54,137 nt of DNA from a virus (taxonomy: Duplodnaviria; Caudoviricetes): positions 1 to 54,137 of the IMG/VR virus record IMGVR_UViG_3300020233_000010. One strand, 5' to 3'. Every line of letters begins with the position of its first letter. The stretch's first letter is position 1. The notes beneath the pieces were generated by a model. The model had not been told where the DNA came from and made no database searches. It was given only the letters and a program-made list of their open reading frames with translations. The position numbers were made by a program, and so were the translations under genes. This document shows, in pieces, positions 34,277 to 44,809 of the stretch.

Positions 34277-34494
34277 GGCGTCCCTCCGGTTACTTTCGAT
34301 ATTGCTTTACGGGTTCTCAGTGCTTGATAATCTTTTAAGAAACTTACCAACCCACCAACCCCAAGAACTATCCATGCAGACTGAGAAATATCAGAAAGTG
34401 CAAGTTCCGAGTTCTGTTGGAACAGAGCAAGTATGCCAGTTAAAAATAATGTTAAAGAAGCGATCAATGCTCCTAGTGTAGTTTCTATCTTCAT
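34273..34494 (-). CDS. Putative holin (two TM helices)
   Basis: Two hydrophobic segments and a basic C-terminus; AGGAG RBS. Confidence 0.6.
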   Translation of the reverse strand: MKIETTLGALIASLTLFLTGILALFQQNSELALSDISQSAWIVLGVGGLVSFLKDYQALRTRKAISKVTGGTP

Positions 34495-34508
34495 TTTAAT
34501 TTCTCCTT

Positions 34509-34997
34509 TTATTTAACTTCTGACCCAGCGGGAACACCCGGGATGCCTTTTATGGTTACCACTCCCCCGGACACTTTTACTGGAATCCACTTCTCCGCTC
34601 CACTTTCTTTAAGTTTTCCATCAGACGGATCATTATAATATGCTGTGACAGCAAAGAAATAATCTCCACTAGGATCAGACGCGCAAGATAGGTCTGAAAG
34701 TTGTATTGTGTCTGATGACATTCCAGGGATATCCAATGGAATTGTTTTGAAGTCGCCTACAGTTTTTGAACAGTAATAAAAATATCCATCGGTAGATGAG
34801 GTGTTAGCATTCCAAAATGCCTTTGTCGCCATCTTGCCGGATATGTCTATGAATATTTTAGGAGTTGATACCGTTGTAGGGGTTGGCTCCGCCTTAACAG
34901 GCTTTACAATTTCTACGTCATTTATAATACCTATTGAAAATACGAACGGAAATAGTAACAGGGTTAGTAACAATTTCTTAATCATCTTCATCTTCAT
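34509..34997 (-). CDS. Secreted or membrane-anchored protein with an FN3-like domain
   Basis: N-terminal signal; W.AN...GY..Y...YFFAVTAY...ES pattern. Confidence 0.6.
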   Translation of the reverse strand: MKMKMIKKLLLTLLLFPFVFSIGIINDVEIVKPVKAEPTPTTVSTPKIFIDISGKMATKAFWNANTSSTDGYFYYCSKTVGDFKTIPLDIPGMSSDTIQLSDLSCASDPSGDYFFAVTAYYNDPSDGKLKESGAEKWIPVKVSGGVVTIKGIPGVPAGSEVK

Positions 34998-35007
34998 CCT
35001 CCTTTTT

Positions 35008-35550
35008 TTAAATAAAATCTTTTAAAATTTTTCTTAACTTACCTTTACCTCTACTCAGTCTGCTCTTAACTGTTCCTATAGGTATGTCCAGCATATTAGA
35101 AACAGACTCTACAGAGTAGCCTTCTAAATAACATAGTACAATAACTTCTCTGTGCATTTCTTTCATCTGTCCTACCAGCGTAACCATAACTTTACTATAT
35201 AGACTATCAGTTTCATAGTCTTTAGACGCACATCTATGTTCGCAACTATCTGCATAAATTTCTTCTACAGATCTATTCAGTATTTTCCGACTACCCTTTC
35301 TGCAATCATCTATAAACATATTTCTTAATACTCGTCTAATCCAACTTTTAGGATGTTCTACTGTAGGAATATTTTCTACACTATGAAGTCTTACGCAAAG
35401 ATCTTGCACAAGGTCTTCAGCATCCTGAAAGTTATTAGTCATTGTATAGGCCAGATAAACAAAGTAACTTCTATTCTTATCTATAAATAAGCAATACTCC
35501 TTACAACTTTTAGGAGAAGGTGGGTATTCTATAGATACAGAACATTCCAT
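35008..35550 (-). CDS. ECF (RpoE/sigma24-like) sigma factor
   Basis: Region 2 DAEDLVQD..W..RVLRN.FID..RK; region 4 REVIVL..LEGYS..VS.ML.IPIGTVKSRLSRG. Confidence 0.9.
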   Translation of the reverse strand: MECSVSIEYPPSPKSCKEYCLFIDKNRSYFVYLAYTMTNNFQDAEDLVQDLCVRLHSVENIPTVEHPKSWIRRVLRNMFIDDCRKGSRKILNRSVEEIYADSCEHRCASKDYETDSLYSKVMVTLVGQMKEMHREVIVLCYLEGYSVESVSNMLDIPIGTVKSRLSRGKGKLRKILKDFI

Positions 35551-35552
35551 TT

Positions 35553-36071
35553 CTATTCAGCTAAAGTTTCTTCACACAATACTATTCCACGCTTTCCATC
35601 TGTATTAGTTGAGTATCGCCATTCTTTATATCCTCTTGATGCTTTAATAGTATCAGATTCGCACATAGATCCTATATCAACCCTTCCTATAGACTTACCT
35701 TTTAAATTATTGGTGTAAGAATACATCGGCCTAGTTAACCTTTCCATTCCTAAGTAGTGAAGTTCTGCAACTCTCCATTCAAAAGTCCCATCACATACCA
35801 ATGACTGTTCCGTAGTAAGTGGATTCATATTCTTAACTATAAGATTCAATGCTGGCGTCCATTGCCTTGGAACTTTATAAAACTGCTCATCAGAAATTAC
35901 ATAGCACCAAGTTCCTAACCCTATATCTACTTTTAGATATATTGAATCTCTATATCTTTTCAACTTTGAATCCATTAAAAGTGGAAGCATAGATTGAGAA
36001 TATAATTCTGCACTCACATTGACAGGAACAATTGAAAATAAAAACATAAAACTTATAAGTAACCTTTTCAT
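35553..36071 (-). CDS. Secreted Cys-containing hypothetical protein
   Basis: Signal peptide MKRLLISFMFLFSIVPVNVSA; GAGG RBS. Confidence 0.7.
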   Translation of the reverse strand: MKRLLISFMFLFSIVPVNVSAELYSQSMLPLLMDSKLKRYRDSIYLKVDIGLGTWCYVISDEQFYKVPRQWTPALNLIVKNMNPLTTEQSLVCDGTFEWRVAELHYLGMERLTRPMYSYTNNLKGKSIGRVDIGSMCESDTIKASRGYKEWRYSTNTDGKRGIVLCEETLAE

Positions 36072-36083
36072 TTATCTATCCTC

Positions 36084-36371
36084 CTACCTTCCTTTTATTA
36101 AAACATCCAATCGTCTTTGGGTTCTTCCTAACTTCTTTTCTTCACTACGACTAAGTACACCATCTAACTTTCTATCAGATAAATAATCAATCTCATCTTG
36201 AAGATCATTTAATTGCTGTTGCCTCAACATAGCTTTTATTCCTACAGTCTGTTCTAGCACTTCTACTTCTGTAACATACCTATCCTCTGCCGCAATAGTA
36301 AGGCCGCCAATAGACAGAACCAGAACAATAATACTTGATAGAACTTTAACATCCATTTCATATTTCCTCAA
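36084..36371 (-). CDS. Membrane-anchored coiled-coil protein of the lysis cassette
   Basis: N-terminal TM followed by a coiled coil. Confidence 0.6.
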   Translation of the reverse strand: MRKYEMDVKVLSSIIVLVLSIGGLTIAAEDRYVTEVEVLEQTVGIKAMLRQQQLNDLQDEIDYLSDRKLDGVLSRSEEKKLGRTQRRLDVLIKGR

Positions 36372-36834
36372 AGTGAACTAGATCATCAAAGTGTTGATCG
36401 GAAAAATCCCTATCCTTATCCCAATCTCCGCCCCATCTTAACGGGTGTCCCATATGTCTAGCCGTCCCCTGTACAAATCCAGCAAAGTGATAGAACTGTC
36501 CCATGTCTTTAACGTATGCAGTGAATTCTGCGCGCTGTTCTTTAGTCAGATTATTTATAAATGAGGGTGTCCTAGGCCAAGGAATCTTTCCATTAGTAAA
36601 CGGCGCAACGTCACCGGCTTCCGATGGCGATCTATTATGCTTACCGTCTTTTTCTATCTTAGAACGTTTCGCATCGAACAACTTTTTCTGTTCAGTATTA
36701 GGACGGTATCCTTTTATAAAGGTATTGTCATAATGCTTTACAACTTCTCCAAACACTTTCTGTATATTCTCAGTGGTAGTATCTTTTTCATGTTCTGAAT
36801 TTTGAGAATAGGAAGGCATATCAATTCTCCTCAT
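36358..36834 (-). CDS. Endolysin, peptidase M15 (L-Ala-D-Glu peptidase-like)
   Basis: GYR...Q..LF, SK..KH, A.D, LRWGGDW, DLVHFE. Start may be ATG at 36819. Confidence 0.9.
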   Translation of the reverse strand: MRRIDMPSYSQNSEHEKDTTTENIQKVFGEVVKHYDNTFIKGYRPNTEQKKLFDAKRSKIEKDGKHNRSPSEAGDVAPFTNGKIPWPRTPSFINNLTKEQRAEFTAYVKDMGQFYHFAGFVQGTARHMGHPLRWGGDWDKDRDFSDQHFDDLVHFEEI

Positions 36835-37102
36835 GGGTTCCTGCTATATGATTGTTAAGAATTGTTTCTATAGCTTTTATGTCACTAGCATTTCCGCTTA
36901 TCCTAACATCGTACGAAGATATCCAAACTCCTTGTGCGCTTTGTATTTTAGATACATCATTGACAGCGCCTTCTAAATTAATAACTGAATTCCAAACTCC
37001 GCCCATTATTACACCTAGAAAAATAGTAAGAACATTCTGAATAGTAATTCCCTTCTCTGCTTTAGCATCTGTAACTGGCTGACTGCATTTTTCTGTATTC
37101 AT
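36821..37102 (-). CDS. Single-TM coiled-coil protein (holin/antiholin-like)
   Basis: TAATG overlap with the tail-tip stop; TM IQNVLTIFLGVIMGGVW. Confidence 0.6.
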   Translation of the reverse strand: MNTEKCSQPVTDAKAEKGITIQNVLTIFLGVIMGGVWNSVINLEGAVNDVSKIQSAQGVWISSYDVRISGNASDIKAIETILNNHIAGTHEEN

Positions 37103-40100
37103 TATTGCGCTCCTACTTTTTGCCACGTTGTCGATCCATTAGTGTTGATATACAAAACTCCTGCAGATGTGGCCCATAAAGAACCTTTACTTGCAGAATG
37201 AGTTGGTGCGGATGTCACCCCAGAAGGTAGCAATCTTACAGTTGCTTTTCCAAGTGTACCAGCGCCGTACACCCCATAACCAGATGAAGATGTAACCTGC
37301 ACAGCAATGCCGTTATTACTTCCAACATCTAAAGCTTTAGCCCCTAACGATAGAGCGCCAGAATACAAATTTCTTAAATCTTGTGTGGGCCTGTTGCCAT
37401 TGCTAGATGTGTTGGTTGCGGTTATAGCTACAGAATCTATTCCTTCCGCCCAGAACGCCGCTGCATTCCCAGTTCCAGTTCTTGCTCTTAACGCCAGACG
37501 TGCGCTACTTAAACTAAGGCTGCCAAAATCACCTACCACCCAATCACTCCCATCTAACCTCTGTCCTATAGAACAAAGCATTTCTACAGTGCCATCCCCT
37601 CTATTTCCTATAACGTACATTTCATTGTTAGATTCATCTATTACTATAGACTTATCCGTAGAAAGTTGCGTAGGAACTATAACAGCCATCGCTCCATGTG
37701 CCAATAACGCATTAGACCCGGACGTTGGAATGCCAGTTAGATTTCCCTCTCCTGTAGTTGTAGACTTGCCAGTGTAGGTGAACACATCAAGATTGTTTTG
37801 AGAATTTATTACTATAGCTTTGTTAGTGCCGGAAGATGCAAAGTCCGTGGTATCTGCAATAGTTAAGGAAGCAGCGTTGGCAGAACTTGCATTAGGAGCA
37901 TGGCTTCCACTGGTGTAAATGACAGGGGAATGAACAGCCCCAGCCTCCAATAGACCTGTAATAAGTAGACGAGAATTATCCCACGTCATCTTATCACCAT
38001 TTGATTTTCCTATTGAAAACTTAGGAGCGCCAGATGAGAAGCCAAGAAAGAATCCTGTTCCTGTGTCAAACGCCGTCTGTCCTGATCTTATATTACCCTG
38101 CGTCAATTCTAGACCGGGAGTCGCGTCTCTAATAGAATCCAAATCTGCTTGTTCTGTAGCTACTACTGCCCATGTAGATAAATTCCACCTTCTAAGCTCG
38201 TTAGTATTCGTGTTGTACCACAAATCCCCTAATGCGTTTGCAGTAGGTGTAGAAGTAGAGTAGAAAGTTGTAACTCTTCCATTCGCTGTTGCTTGCGCGT
38301 CCTGTCCCGCTGTTAGTGCAGCAATTATGTCTGTGTCCTGTAAGACTAGCCACGTACTTCCACTATACTGATAGGTCTTATTACTATCGTTTGTATCAAC
38401 CCATATATCGCCAATAACCATTCCAGACGTTGGAGCTGTTGTTTGATAGAAAGATTCTATCTTACCATCGGCAGCAGCTTGAGAAGCAGCCGCATCATTA
38501 AGTGCCTGTTGTATATCTGTGTCCCTTACAATTACCCAAGCTGTTCCACTGTATCTATACTGTTTATTCTTATCATTTGAGTCAAACCATATATCACCAG
38601 ATACCATTCCAGAAGTTGGAGCAGTCGTCTGTACATAAGTTGTTACGGCAGTTGATCCTTTTGCATTTCTTGACAGGTATACATTATCTATTTTACATAT
38701 TACTCCATTCGGTCCTGGCTTCGCTATTTGAAGTTTTGCATACGCAATATCACTACCGCCACTAAGACCTGTAAAAATAAGACTTGCTTTGAAATCAGAC
38801 CAAGAACTTTTAACAAGAGGATTGAACGATACAAATCCTAAGTTAGTTCCCGCAGCATTAAATCCGACTATACGCATATCCATCGTACTTGCGCCGGATG
38901 TTGTGGCGTAAATATATCTTCCGCTTATCTCAAACACTTCCCCATCTGTTGCAGTAAACGCTCTTGAATTTGCCCATACCCAATTTACAGTTGTGTCTAA
39001 TACTAATGCAGCCGTAGAATTCTCACCTAGTGTGGCGCTTATAGTAGGCTTCTCGCCGCCCGTTCCTGTCAGCTCCCAATAATCAGTATCGCCAGCAGCT
39101 TGTTGATAAAAGTTAGGATCGCCCAAAACATTACTGTCTGTGCCTGTAGTCGCATAATCATCAGGCTTTGAGATTCCTGTTATGTTTGCCCAGACCGCGT
39201 CTGTTGTAGAAACAATGCTATTCCAATCTGTACCATTCCACCTATGCAATTCAAGCGTATCTGTTTGATACCATAAATCTCCTATAGCAGTTGCAGTTGG
39301 AACACTGGTAGATGCAGAGTAGAAAGTTGTTATAGCAGCAGAAGCGGAACCGCTAGTGCCCTGAACACCGCTTGTTGCTCCGGCCGGTTCCCAAGTACTT
39401 ACATTTCCAGATGTATCTACTGCTCTTACCCAATAGTATCGTATAGTTCCATTAGCTTTAGGAATTAAAACGCCGTCACTTGATAGCTGAAATATTCTTG
39501 ATGCCAGCGATCTATCATTAGTAGTGGCTTCCCAAACTTCAACATTTAATAAATCTGCATCAGATGGATTTACCCATGACAATCCTATACCACCAGATAC
39601 ACTACCGTCCGCAGCTAGAGTAGATGGTGGACTTGGCGCGGCTGTCTTTCCTACTACTGTATGGCCAGAAACTGTCAGCCAAGAACTACGCACGCCTAGA
39701 GAATTTACCGCTCTAACTCTTACGTCATAACTTATTCCATCCTGAACTGGCGAAACATAGGTACTTACAGCAGCTAACCCGAAAGAAGGTGAGACAGGGA
39801 TGAACGTCGAGTCTGCATTCTTTTTATGTTCTATCTCGTACCCTGTTACAAATATATCATCTGAAGCTGTCCAGCTTGCAAGTATTCTAGAAACTACAGT
39901 CCCATCTCCCATTAATAATAGTTGTGCAGTACCAGATGAAAGAGTAAGGCTAGTAGGAGCAGCAATAGCAGATGGATCTGGTAAGTTAGTATCTGGCGGC
40001 GTTGGTATTCCTGCAGGTATTGTTCTGTCGTAGACAGTCGGTTCATGCTCTACAACTGCAAATTCCAATGTTCCGTTCATCTTCAATCTTATACTTACAA

Positions 40101-41640
40101 CTCTGAATTTTTTATTAGTCCATCCAGGGGTTGTATGGGTTATATAGATAACTTCTCCTATCTCAACTTTCAAAGCCGTAAGGGTCGCATTGAATGTAAC
40201 TACAATTCCCTGTCTTGATTTCTTAAGAGCAGTTTCTGCAAGATACAATGCTCTATAAGGATTAGTTTCAAACGGCAAGCTAATTTCATTTTCAAGAAGT
40301 AGACCATTATCCTCACTTAGATAAGTAGCGTCTTCCTTAACTACTAAGTCACTCTGCCATTTCTTAACAGGATTTATATACCTTATCTTAATTCTGTTAA
40401 GCTTTGATTTCTTTGAGCCTCCAGAAAAAGACCATGCTCCGGTTATATTATCTTCATTGAATGTAAATGTAGGGGTCTCATCTTTTTCAATTACTAATTT
40501 ATATTTTCCACCAGTAAATGGAAGGAATCCTCTACAGCTTGTAAGCATTAATTGAAGATTGTCTATTACACTGTTTGCAGTATTCAGTCTTCCGTTAAAT
40601 TCAAAGAAGGGGATTTGGAAATCCATAGCAGCGTTGTTTGCAAATGCAGTGTTGGCTCTTGGTTCATAGTTTAAGAATATTCCTATCTTACTTGTAACTC
40701 TATATCTTGTTGTATCATTCGGCACTGTGAATGTATCGCCAACTGCAGGATTGTTAGTGCCTGTATCTATAGAAGTAGTAGTGTCCCCAATTCCATGCCC
40801 TACTTGATTTATTAACCATCCTGTTGGAGCACTGGTTCTGGCATCCATCTTTGTATCACAGTAATCGGCGGCATCTTTAAAAGACTGAACATCTATTTCT
40901 GAAGACGTCAACCCTTTTCCATATATAGAATTAGTAAGGTAGTCATAAATACATAGAGCAGGGTTGCTAGAATATCTTACTACGCTGTCTCTAACATCAA
41001 GAACTTTCTTACCCCTAACTTCACATGTTATTCTTGGGAAGGTTGAGAACGCGTCTGCATTCCATGTAAATCTAAGATGCAGATACGCAAGGCCAGAAAG
41101 TTTATGAGCAGTTGTCCAATCTGTATAGCTGTTAAGCAGTAAAGATATTGCTCCTTGGCCGGTAGTTCCTTTTGATATTGTCGGCGTACTGATCTTAGAT
41201 AGAAACTTAGCATCGTCCCACTTAATACCATTTACAAATATTTCATCTATATCTTCAATCTCACCTTCACTTAGCAACAAAGCAATGTCTAGATTTTCAT
41301 TTGGATTAACAGTTCCTGAAACACCCACAAAAACTCTTATTCCTCCTACCAACCTTGCTCCATATATAACAGGTATCTTTTCTATGTTACTAGATTTGTT
41401 AAGTAGAACACCTTTCTCAGAATCAAATTCCGAAGCGCCGAAGTCGCCAAGATCACCAAGATCAGGACCAGTGAAATATCCATAGATAGCCTTCCCTATG
41501 TTTACTGAGCTATCAACGAAATAATTTATTCCATCTCCAATCTCATCAACGCCATCTTGTATTAAATCTACGGCGCTCTCACCTATATCAACTATCTTTC
41601 TAGTGAAGGGGTTATTAAAGAACCCACTTTGATCTGACAT
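37102..41640 (-). CDS. Tail tip / central fibre protein (host-specificity J-like, FN3 domains)
   Basis: IPVIYG..LVGG, LSEGEI, SNPALC.YDYL...YG.G, E.G.VI.ITH..GW..K.FRV, FN3 motifs YDVRVRAVN and YYWVRAVD, GDLW repeats. Confidence 0.9.
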   Translation of the reverse strand: MSDQSGFFNNPFTRKIVDIGESAVDLIQDGVDEIGDGINYFVDSSVNIGKAIYGYFTGPDLGDLGDFGASEFDSEKGVLLNKSSNIEKIPVIYGARLVGGIRVFVGVSGTVNPNENLDIALLLSEGEIEDIDEIFVNGIKWDDAKFLSKISTPTISKGTTGQGAISLLLNSYTDWTTAHKLSGLAYLHLRFTWNADAFSTFPRITCEVRGKKVLDVRDSVVRYSSNPALCIYDYLTNSIYGKGLTSSEIDVQSFKDAADYCDTKMDARTSAPTGWLINQVGHGIGDTTTSIDTGTNNPAVGDTFTVPNDTTRYRVTSKIGIFLNYEPRANTAFANNAAMDFQIPFFEFNGRLNTANSVIDNLQLMLTSCRGFLPFTGGKYKLVIEKDETPTFTFNEDNITGAWSFSGGSKKSKLNRIKIRYINPVKKWQSDLVVKEDATYLSEDNGLLLENEISLPFETNPYRALYLAETALKKSRQGIVVTFNATLTALKVEIGEVIYITHTTPGWTNKKFRVVSIRLKMNGTLEFAVVEHEPTVYDRTIPAGIPTPPDTNLPDPSAIAAPTSLTLSSGTAQLLLMGDGTVVSRILASWTASDDIFVTGYEIEHKKNADSTFIPVSPSFGLAAVSTYVSPVQDGISYDVRVRAVNSLGVRSSWLTVSGHTVVGKTAAPSPPSTLAADGSVSGGIGLSWVNPSDADLLNVEVWEATTNDRSLASRIFQLSSDGVLIPKANGTIRYYWVRAVDTSGNVSTWEPAGATSGVQGTSGSASAAITTFYSASTSVPTATAIGDLWYQTDTLELHRWNGTDWNSIVSTTDAVWANITGISKPDDYATTGTDSNVLGDPNFYQQAAGDTDYWELTGTGGEKPTISATLGENSTAALVLDTTVNWVWANSRAFTATDGEVFEISGRYIYATTSGASTMDMRIVGFNAAGTNLGFVSFNPLVKSSWSDFKASLIFTGLSGGSDIAYAKLQIAKPGPNGVICKIDNVYLSRNAKGSTAVTTYVQTTAPTSGMVSGDIWFDSNDKNKQYRYSGTAWVIVRDTDIQQALNDAAASQAAADGKIESFYQTTAPTSGMVIGDIWVDTNDSNKTYQYSGSTWLVLQDTDIIAALTAGQDAQATANGRVTTFYSTSTPTANALGDLWYNTNTNELRRWNLSTWAVVATEQADLDSIRDATPGLELTQGNIRSGQTAFDTGTGFFLGFSSGAPKFSIGKSNGDKMTWDNSRLLITGLLEAGAVHSPVIYTSGSHAPNASSANAASLTIADTTDFASSGTNKAIVINSQNNLDVFTYTGKSTTTGEGNLTGIPTSGSNALLAHGAMAVIVPTQLSTDKSIVIDESNNEMYVIGNRGDGTVEMLCSIGQRLDGSDWVVGDFGSLSLSSARLALRARTGTGNAAAFWAEGIDSVAITATNTSSNGNRPTQDLRNLYSGALSLGAKALDVGSNNGIAVQVTSSSGYGVYGAGTLGKATVRLLPSGVTSAPTHSASKGSLWATSAGVLYINTNGSTTWQKVGAQ

Positions 41641-42204
41641 TTATGGCTTCCCCCATTGTAAGTCTGTTATTATTTCAGAAGCGAAATTTAATCCTAAGTC
41701 ACCAGGAAAATATATTTCTTGGTCTTTAGTATTAGTACGCCTTCCTGCTACCTTTTTAAAATCTGACATATGAGAAGCGACAGACCATGTGATTGTACTT
41801 ACCCCACTTTCTGGGTCTTCACTTAAACTAAAATTTTCTATACGGCCATCGAATAAAAGAACAGGGTCTATCACCGAAGTTCCAGAAGAATCAAAGAATC
41901 CCATCTGCCATTGCACAACTTCATCAACATAATTTTCTGTTAATGCTACGCTTATGTTTGCCTGATTAACCCCAGAAAAACTGACAGACATACTTCCTAC
42001 TGTCAGTACCGTTTCTTCAGTAATAGAACTTATAGAAAGTAGATTGCCAGATGCAAGATATGAATTTCCGCCAGCAGTAACATTTTTATAAGCATCTGTT
42101 AAATATTGCGGCGTAGCGAATCCCATTTTAATAAGTGAAAACATTTCTACTTCTTGTTTAGCTACTTCGGTCAGTAGTCCAGATGTCATATTTCTATTAG
42201 CCAT
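41641..42204 (-). CDS. Tail hub/baseplate protein (DUF2163-like)
   Basis: YLTD, Y...G.LL, LFDGRI, GRRT..Q...PGD.G..F...WG. Confidence 0.75.
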   Translation of the reverse strand: MANRNMTSGLLTEVAKQEVEMFSLIKMGFATPQYLTDAYKNVTAGGNSYLASGNLLSISSITEETVLTVGSMSVSFSGVNQANISVALTENYVDEVVQWQMGFFDSSGTSVIDPVLLFDGRIENFSLSEDPESGVSTITWSVASHMSDFKKVAGRRTNTKDQEIYFPGDLGLNFASEIITDLQWGKP

Positions 42205-42806
42205 TAGCTCAACACCTCCTCTACACCAAATCCTAATCTGAAAAACGTATCAAAAGAAGCGTTGTATTCTGGCAGATCAGTATCAAGTGAGACAGTAAAC
42301 GGAACGCTGTTAACAGTTATTGCAGCGTTGTCTGAATATGCTGTAACCATAGGCGGTTTTATATTTACAGTTGCAGTTCCTGTTCCATCGCTGTTGGGGC
42401 TGTTGGTCGCCATATAAACTTTTGTATTTCCCGCTACATTTAGAATATCGCCAGCTTTAAGAATTGCAGTTTGGTTAGCAGTCCACCCATCTGTTATCAA
42501 CGTGCTTCCTGTCTGTCCAGCTCCTTTAACAACCGGCGTTCCTGTTGCTATACCTTTAGGAACTGCAAGATCTGGCGGTATAACTGTGAAGGTACTGAAG
42601 ATTCCTTCTTGCAACATTAGAAAAGCGTACAGTTCCCTAAGATCAGCTTCTTTCATAACAGGATAGTTAAGATTAAAGCGCCACAGATGACCTCCAACTT
42701 TTCGTACCTGTCTTTTTCCTGAATGGGTCTTGCTTGCAAAGTTTCTATTAACAGAAATAAGACCTATCGTTCTAAACGCTACTGTTGTCGGTAGTGTGCC
42801 ACTCAT
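42204..42806 (-). CDS. Distal tail protein-like
   Basis: Follows the tape measure gene; SG.RQ.R..GG..W.F...FL..Q.G....F. Confidence 0.7.
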   Translation of the reverse strand: MSGTLPTTVAFRTIGLISVNRNFASKTHSGKRQVRKVGGHLWRFNLNYPVMKEADLRELYAFLMLQEGIFSTFTVIPPDLAVPKGIATGTPVVKGAGQTGSTLITDGWTANQTAILKAGDILNVAGNTKVYMATNSPNSDGTGTATVNIKPPMVTAYSDNAAITVNSVPFTVSLDTDLPEYNASFDTFFRLGFGVEEVLS

Positions 42807-44797
42807 CTTATCGGCCCTCCATCTCTACCCCTATCGTTATAGGCGGCTTGTATCATTCCAATTATTTGTCCACGCCTTGAAGCTAATAAGCTGGCCATTC
42901 CTCTAGAATCTATAGTGCTTATATTAAAAGTAACATTAGCAGACCCACCGCCCACCGCTCCAAGATTTTCATTAGATGTAACAGTGCCGGAACTACGAGG
43001 AGTGAATAGTTCTGGGCCACGCTCACCGACTATGTAAGACTTACCTGCTCTTGCGGAACCGCCATCTGCAAGCGCAGCAGTCACGGCCGTAGATGCCCCG
43101 CCTGTGAAGAAGCCGAATATTCCCCTAACAAGTTTTGAAACTATAGCAACGCGAATTATCTCAGTTGCCACCTGTCTCATAATTCCCGAAACAATATCCC
43201 CGAAACTTTGGAAACTGGTTATAGAAGATGTAAGCGAAGATGATATTGAGGATTCAAACCCAGAACTGAATGTCTTAGCTATTCCTAAAGATTTATCAGT
43301 ACCTTTCTTAGTTGATTCTGCCATTCCTTTTGCCATATCGTCAAAGTATGCTTGGACTGCTTCTGTAGTTTCTGGAACAATAGAATTTCCTACCAAAACA
43401 TTTTTGAAGTTTTCAAACCATCCTATAGCTGTATCCAGCCCACCTTGAATTCCTGACAGTGCATCCATGAATCCTGTAGAAAACCAATTCCTTATTGATT
43501 CCCAAACATCTTGCGCTATGCGTTTTATATCTTCACCCCATACATTCCATACCGCTAACGCTCCAGCAGTGAATCCTATAATAGCAGCGGCAATAGTTCC
43601 TGCAGGAAAGGCGAACGCTAGCGCAAACAATTTAATAAATGGACCAAGCGCAAGCATTATAGGGCCAGCCGCCGCGAATATTCCTGCTATCTTAAGAGCA
43701 GTCTTAACAGTCTCGCCATCCAAGTTTGTAAACCAAGTTATCGCCTCGCCTATCTTTCCAATGAATTTTTCTATCGCGGGCAAGTTAGCTTCTAAAGCAT
43801 TGACCAATGTTTCCCCTAAAGGAACCGCCGCTTGTGCAACTTTATTTTTAAGCAGTGTCATTCTATCGCCAAAAGTCAACGTTTTTTCTGCGGTACTAGC
43901 AATTAAACCACTCGTTCCTTTAAGAGCTTCTCCGAGATTGGTTATGTCAAAAACATTATCTCGTATAGCTTTGGATAATCGTTGTGCTCCTTCTGCTCCG
44001 AATATACTTGTTGCAACGCTCAACGCTTCTGTTTCTGTCTTTGCTTCCTTAACTCTTTTGATAGCCTCACCCAACGATTCCCTAAGTGGAAGACCTGCAT
44101 CTGCAAACTTTCTTAATGCAGCGTTCAATCCTGGACCTATTCTACTCCAAGCAAATCCTGCAGCGTTCATATTCCCCATCAACTCTGCAGTTTCTGAGGC
44201 TGTAAATCCTGCATTCTGCAATACTACGCCATAAGTATTTAACTGAGTTACTAACTTTCCAAATCCAATACCAGAATTTTGAGTGATCTTGAACATCTTA
44301 TCCATAAGATCAACACCATCTTCAGCAGGTATCTTCCATTGCTTCAAAGCTGTTCCAAAAGCTGTCGCATTACTAACTGCATTCTCACCAAGCATTCTAG
44401 AAACGTTACCAACATTACGAGTAAGTTCCTGAAGAACAGGGCCAGTTGCTCCGGTCAAAGTATTTAACGCGGATATAGCATTGGATGCTTCCGCCGCACT
44501 AATAGGAATTGATTGATACACCGCTTCAAAATCTTTCTTAAGTATTTCTAACTGCTTTCCTGTAGCGCCTGTTCCCGCACGAATATTATTCTCAGCCTCT
44601 TGGAAAGCATCTGACAATTTAACCAGAGCAAACGCCGCGCCAACTAAAGGAGCAGTGAATCTGGTGGTCATAGTTCTACCGGCAGATGAAATATTCTTAC
44701 CAAAAGCAGATATATTAGATCTAGATCTTTGCATTCCAGCTTCAAACTTTCTGGCATCTAAACCAAGTTTAACAATTAACGAATCTATGACAGCCAT
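42803..44797 (-). CDS. Tape measure protein
   Basis: L.VKLGLD, Ala/Gly-rich helical body, hydrophobic segment, C-terminal ADGG...YIVGERGPELF.P...G. Confidence 0.93.
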   Translation of the reverse strand: MAVIDSLIVKLGLDARKFEAGMQRSRSNISAFGKNISSAGRTMTTRFTAPLVGAAFALVKLSDAFQEAENNIRAGTGATGKQLEILKKDFEAVYQSIPISAAEASNAISALNTLTGATGPVLQELTRNVGNVSRMLGENAVSNATAFGTALKQWKIPAEDGVDLMDKMFKITQNSGIGFGKLVTQLNTYGVVLQNAGFTASETAELMGNMNAAGFAWSRIGPGLNAALRKFADAGLPLRESLGEAIKRVKEAKTETEALSVATSIFGAEGAQRLSKAIRDNVFDITNLGEALKGTSGLIASTAEKTLTFGDRMTLLKNKVAQAAVPLGETLVNALEANLPAIEKFIGKIGEAITWFTNLDGETVKTALKIAGIFAAAGPIMLALGPFIKLFALAFAFPAGTIAAAIIGFTAGALAVWNVWGEDIKRIAQDVWESIRNWFSTGFMDALSGIQGGLDTAIGWFENFKNVLVGNSIVPETTEAVQAYFDDMAKGMAESTKKGTDKSLGIAKTFSSGFESSISSSLTSSITSFQSFGDIVSGIMRQVATEIIRVAIVSKLVRGIFGFFTGGASTAVTAALADGGSARAGKSYIVGERGPELFTPRSSGTVTSNENLGAVGGGSANVTFNISTIDSRGMASLLASRRGQIIGMIQAAYNDRGRDGGPIR

Positions 44798-44809
44798 TAC
44801 ACTTTTCCT

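Noticed and set aside
37102-41640. Diversity-generating retroelement targeting the tail tip
   Set aside because: No reverse transcriptase ORF and no template/variable repeat pair was seen.
43104-44234. Plus-strand ORFs within the tape measure gene
   Set aside because: Antisense shadows of an Ala/Gly-rich gene.
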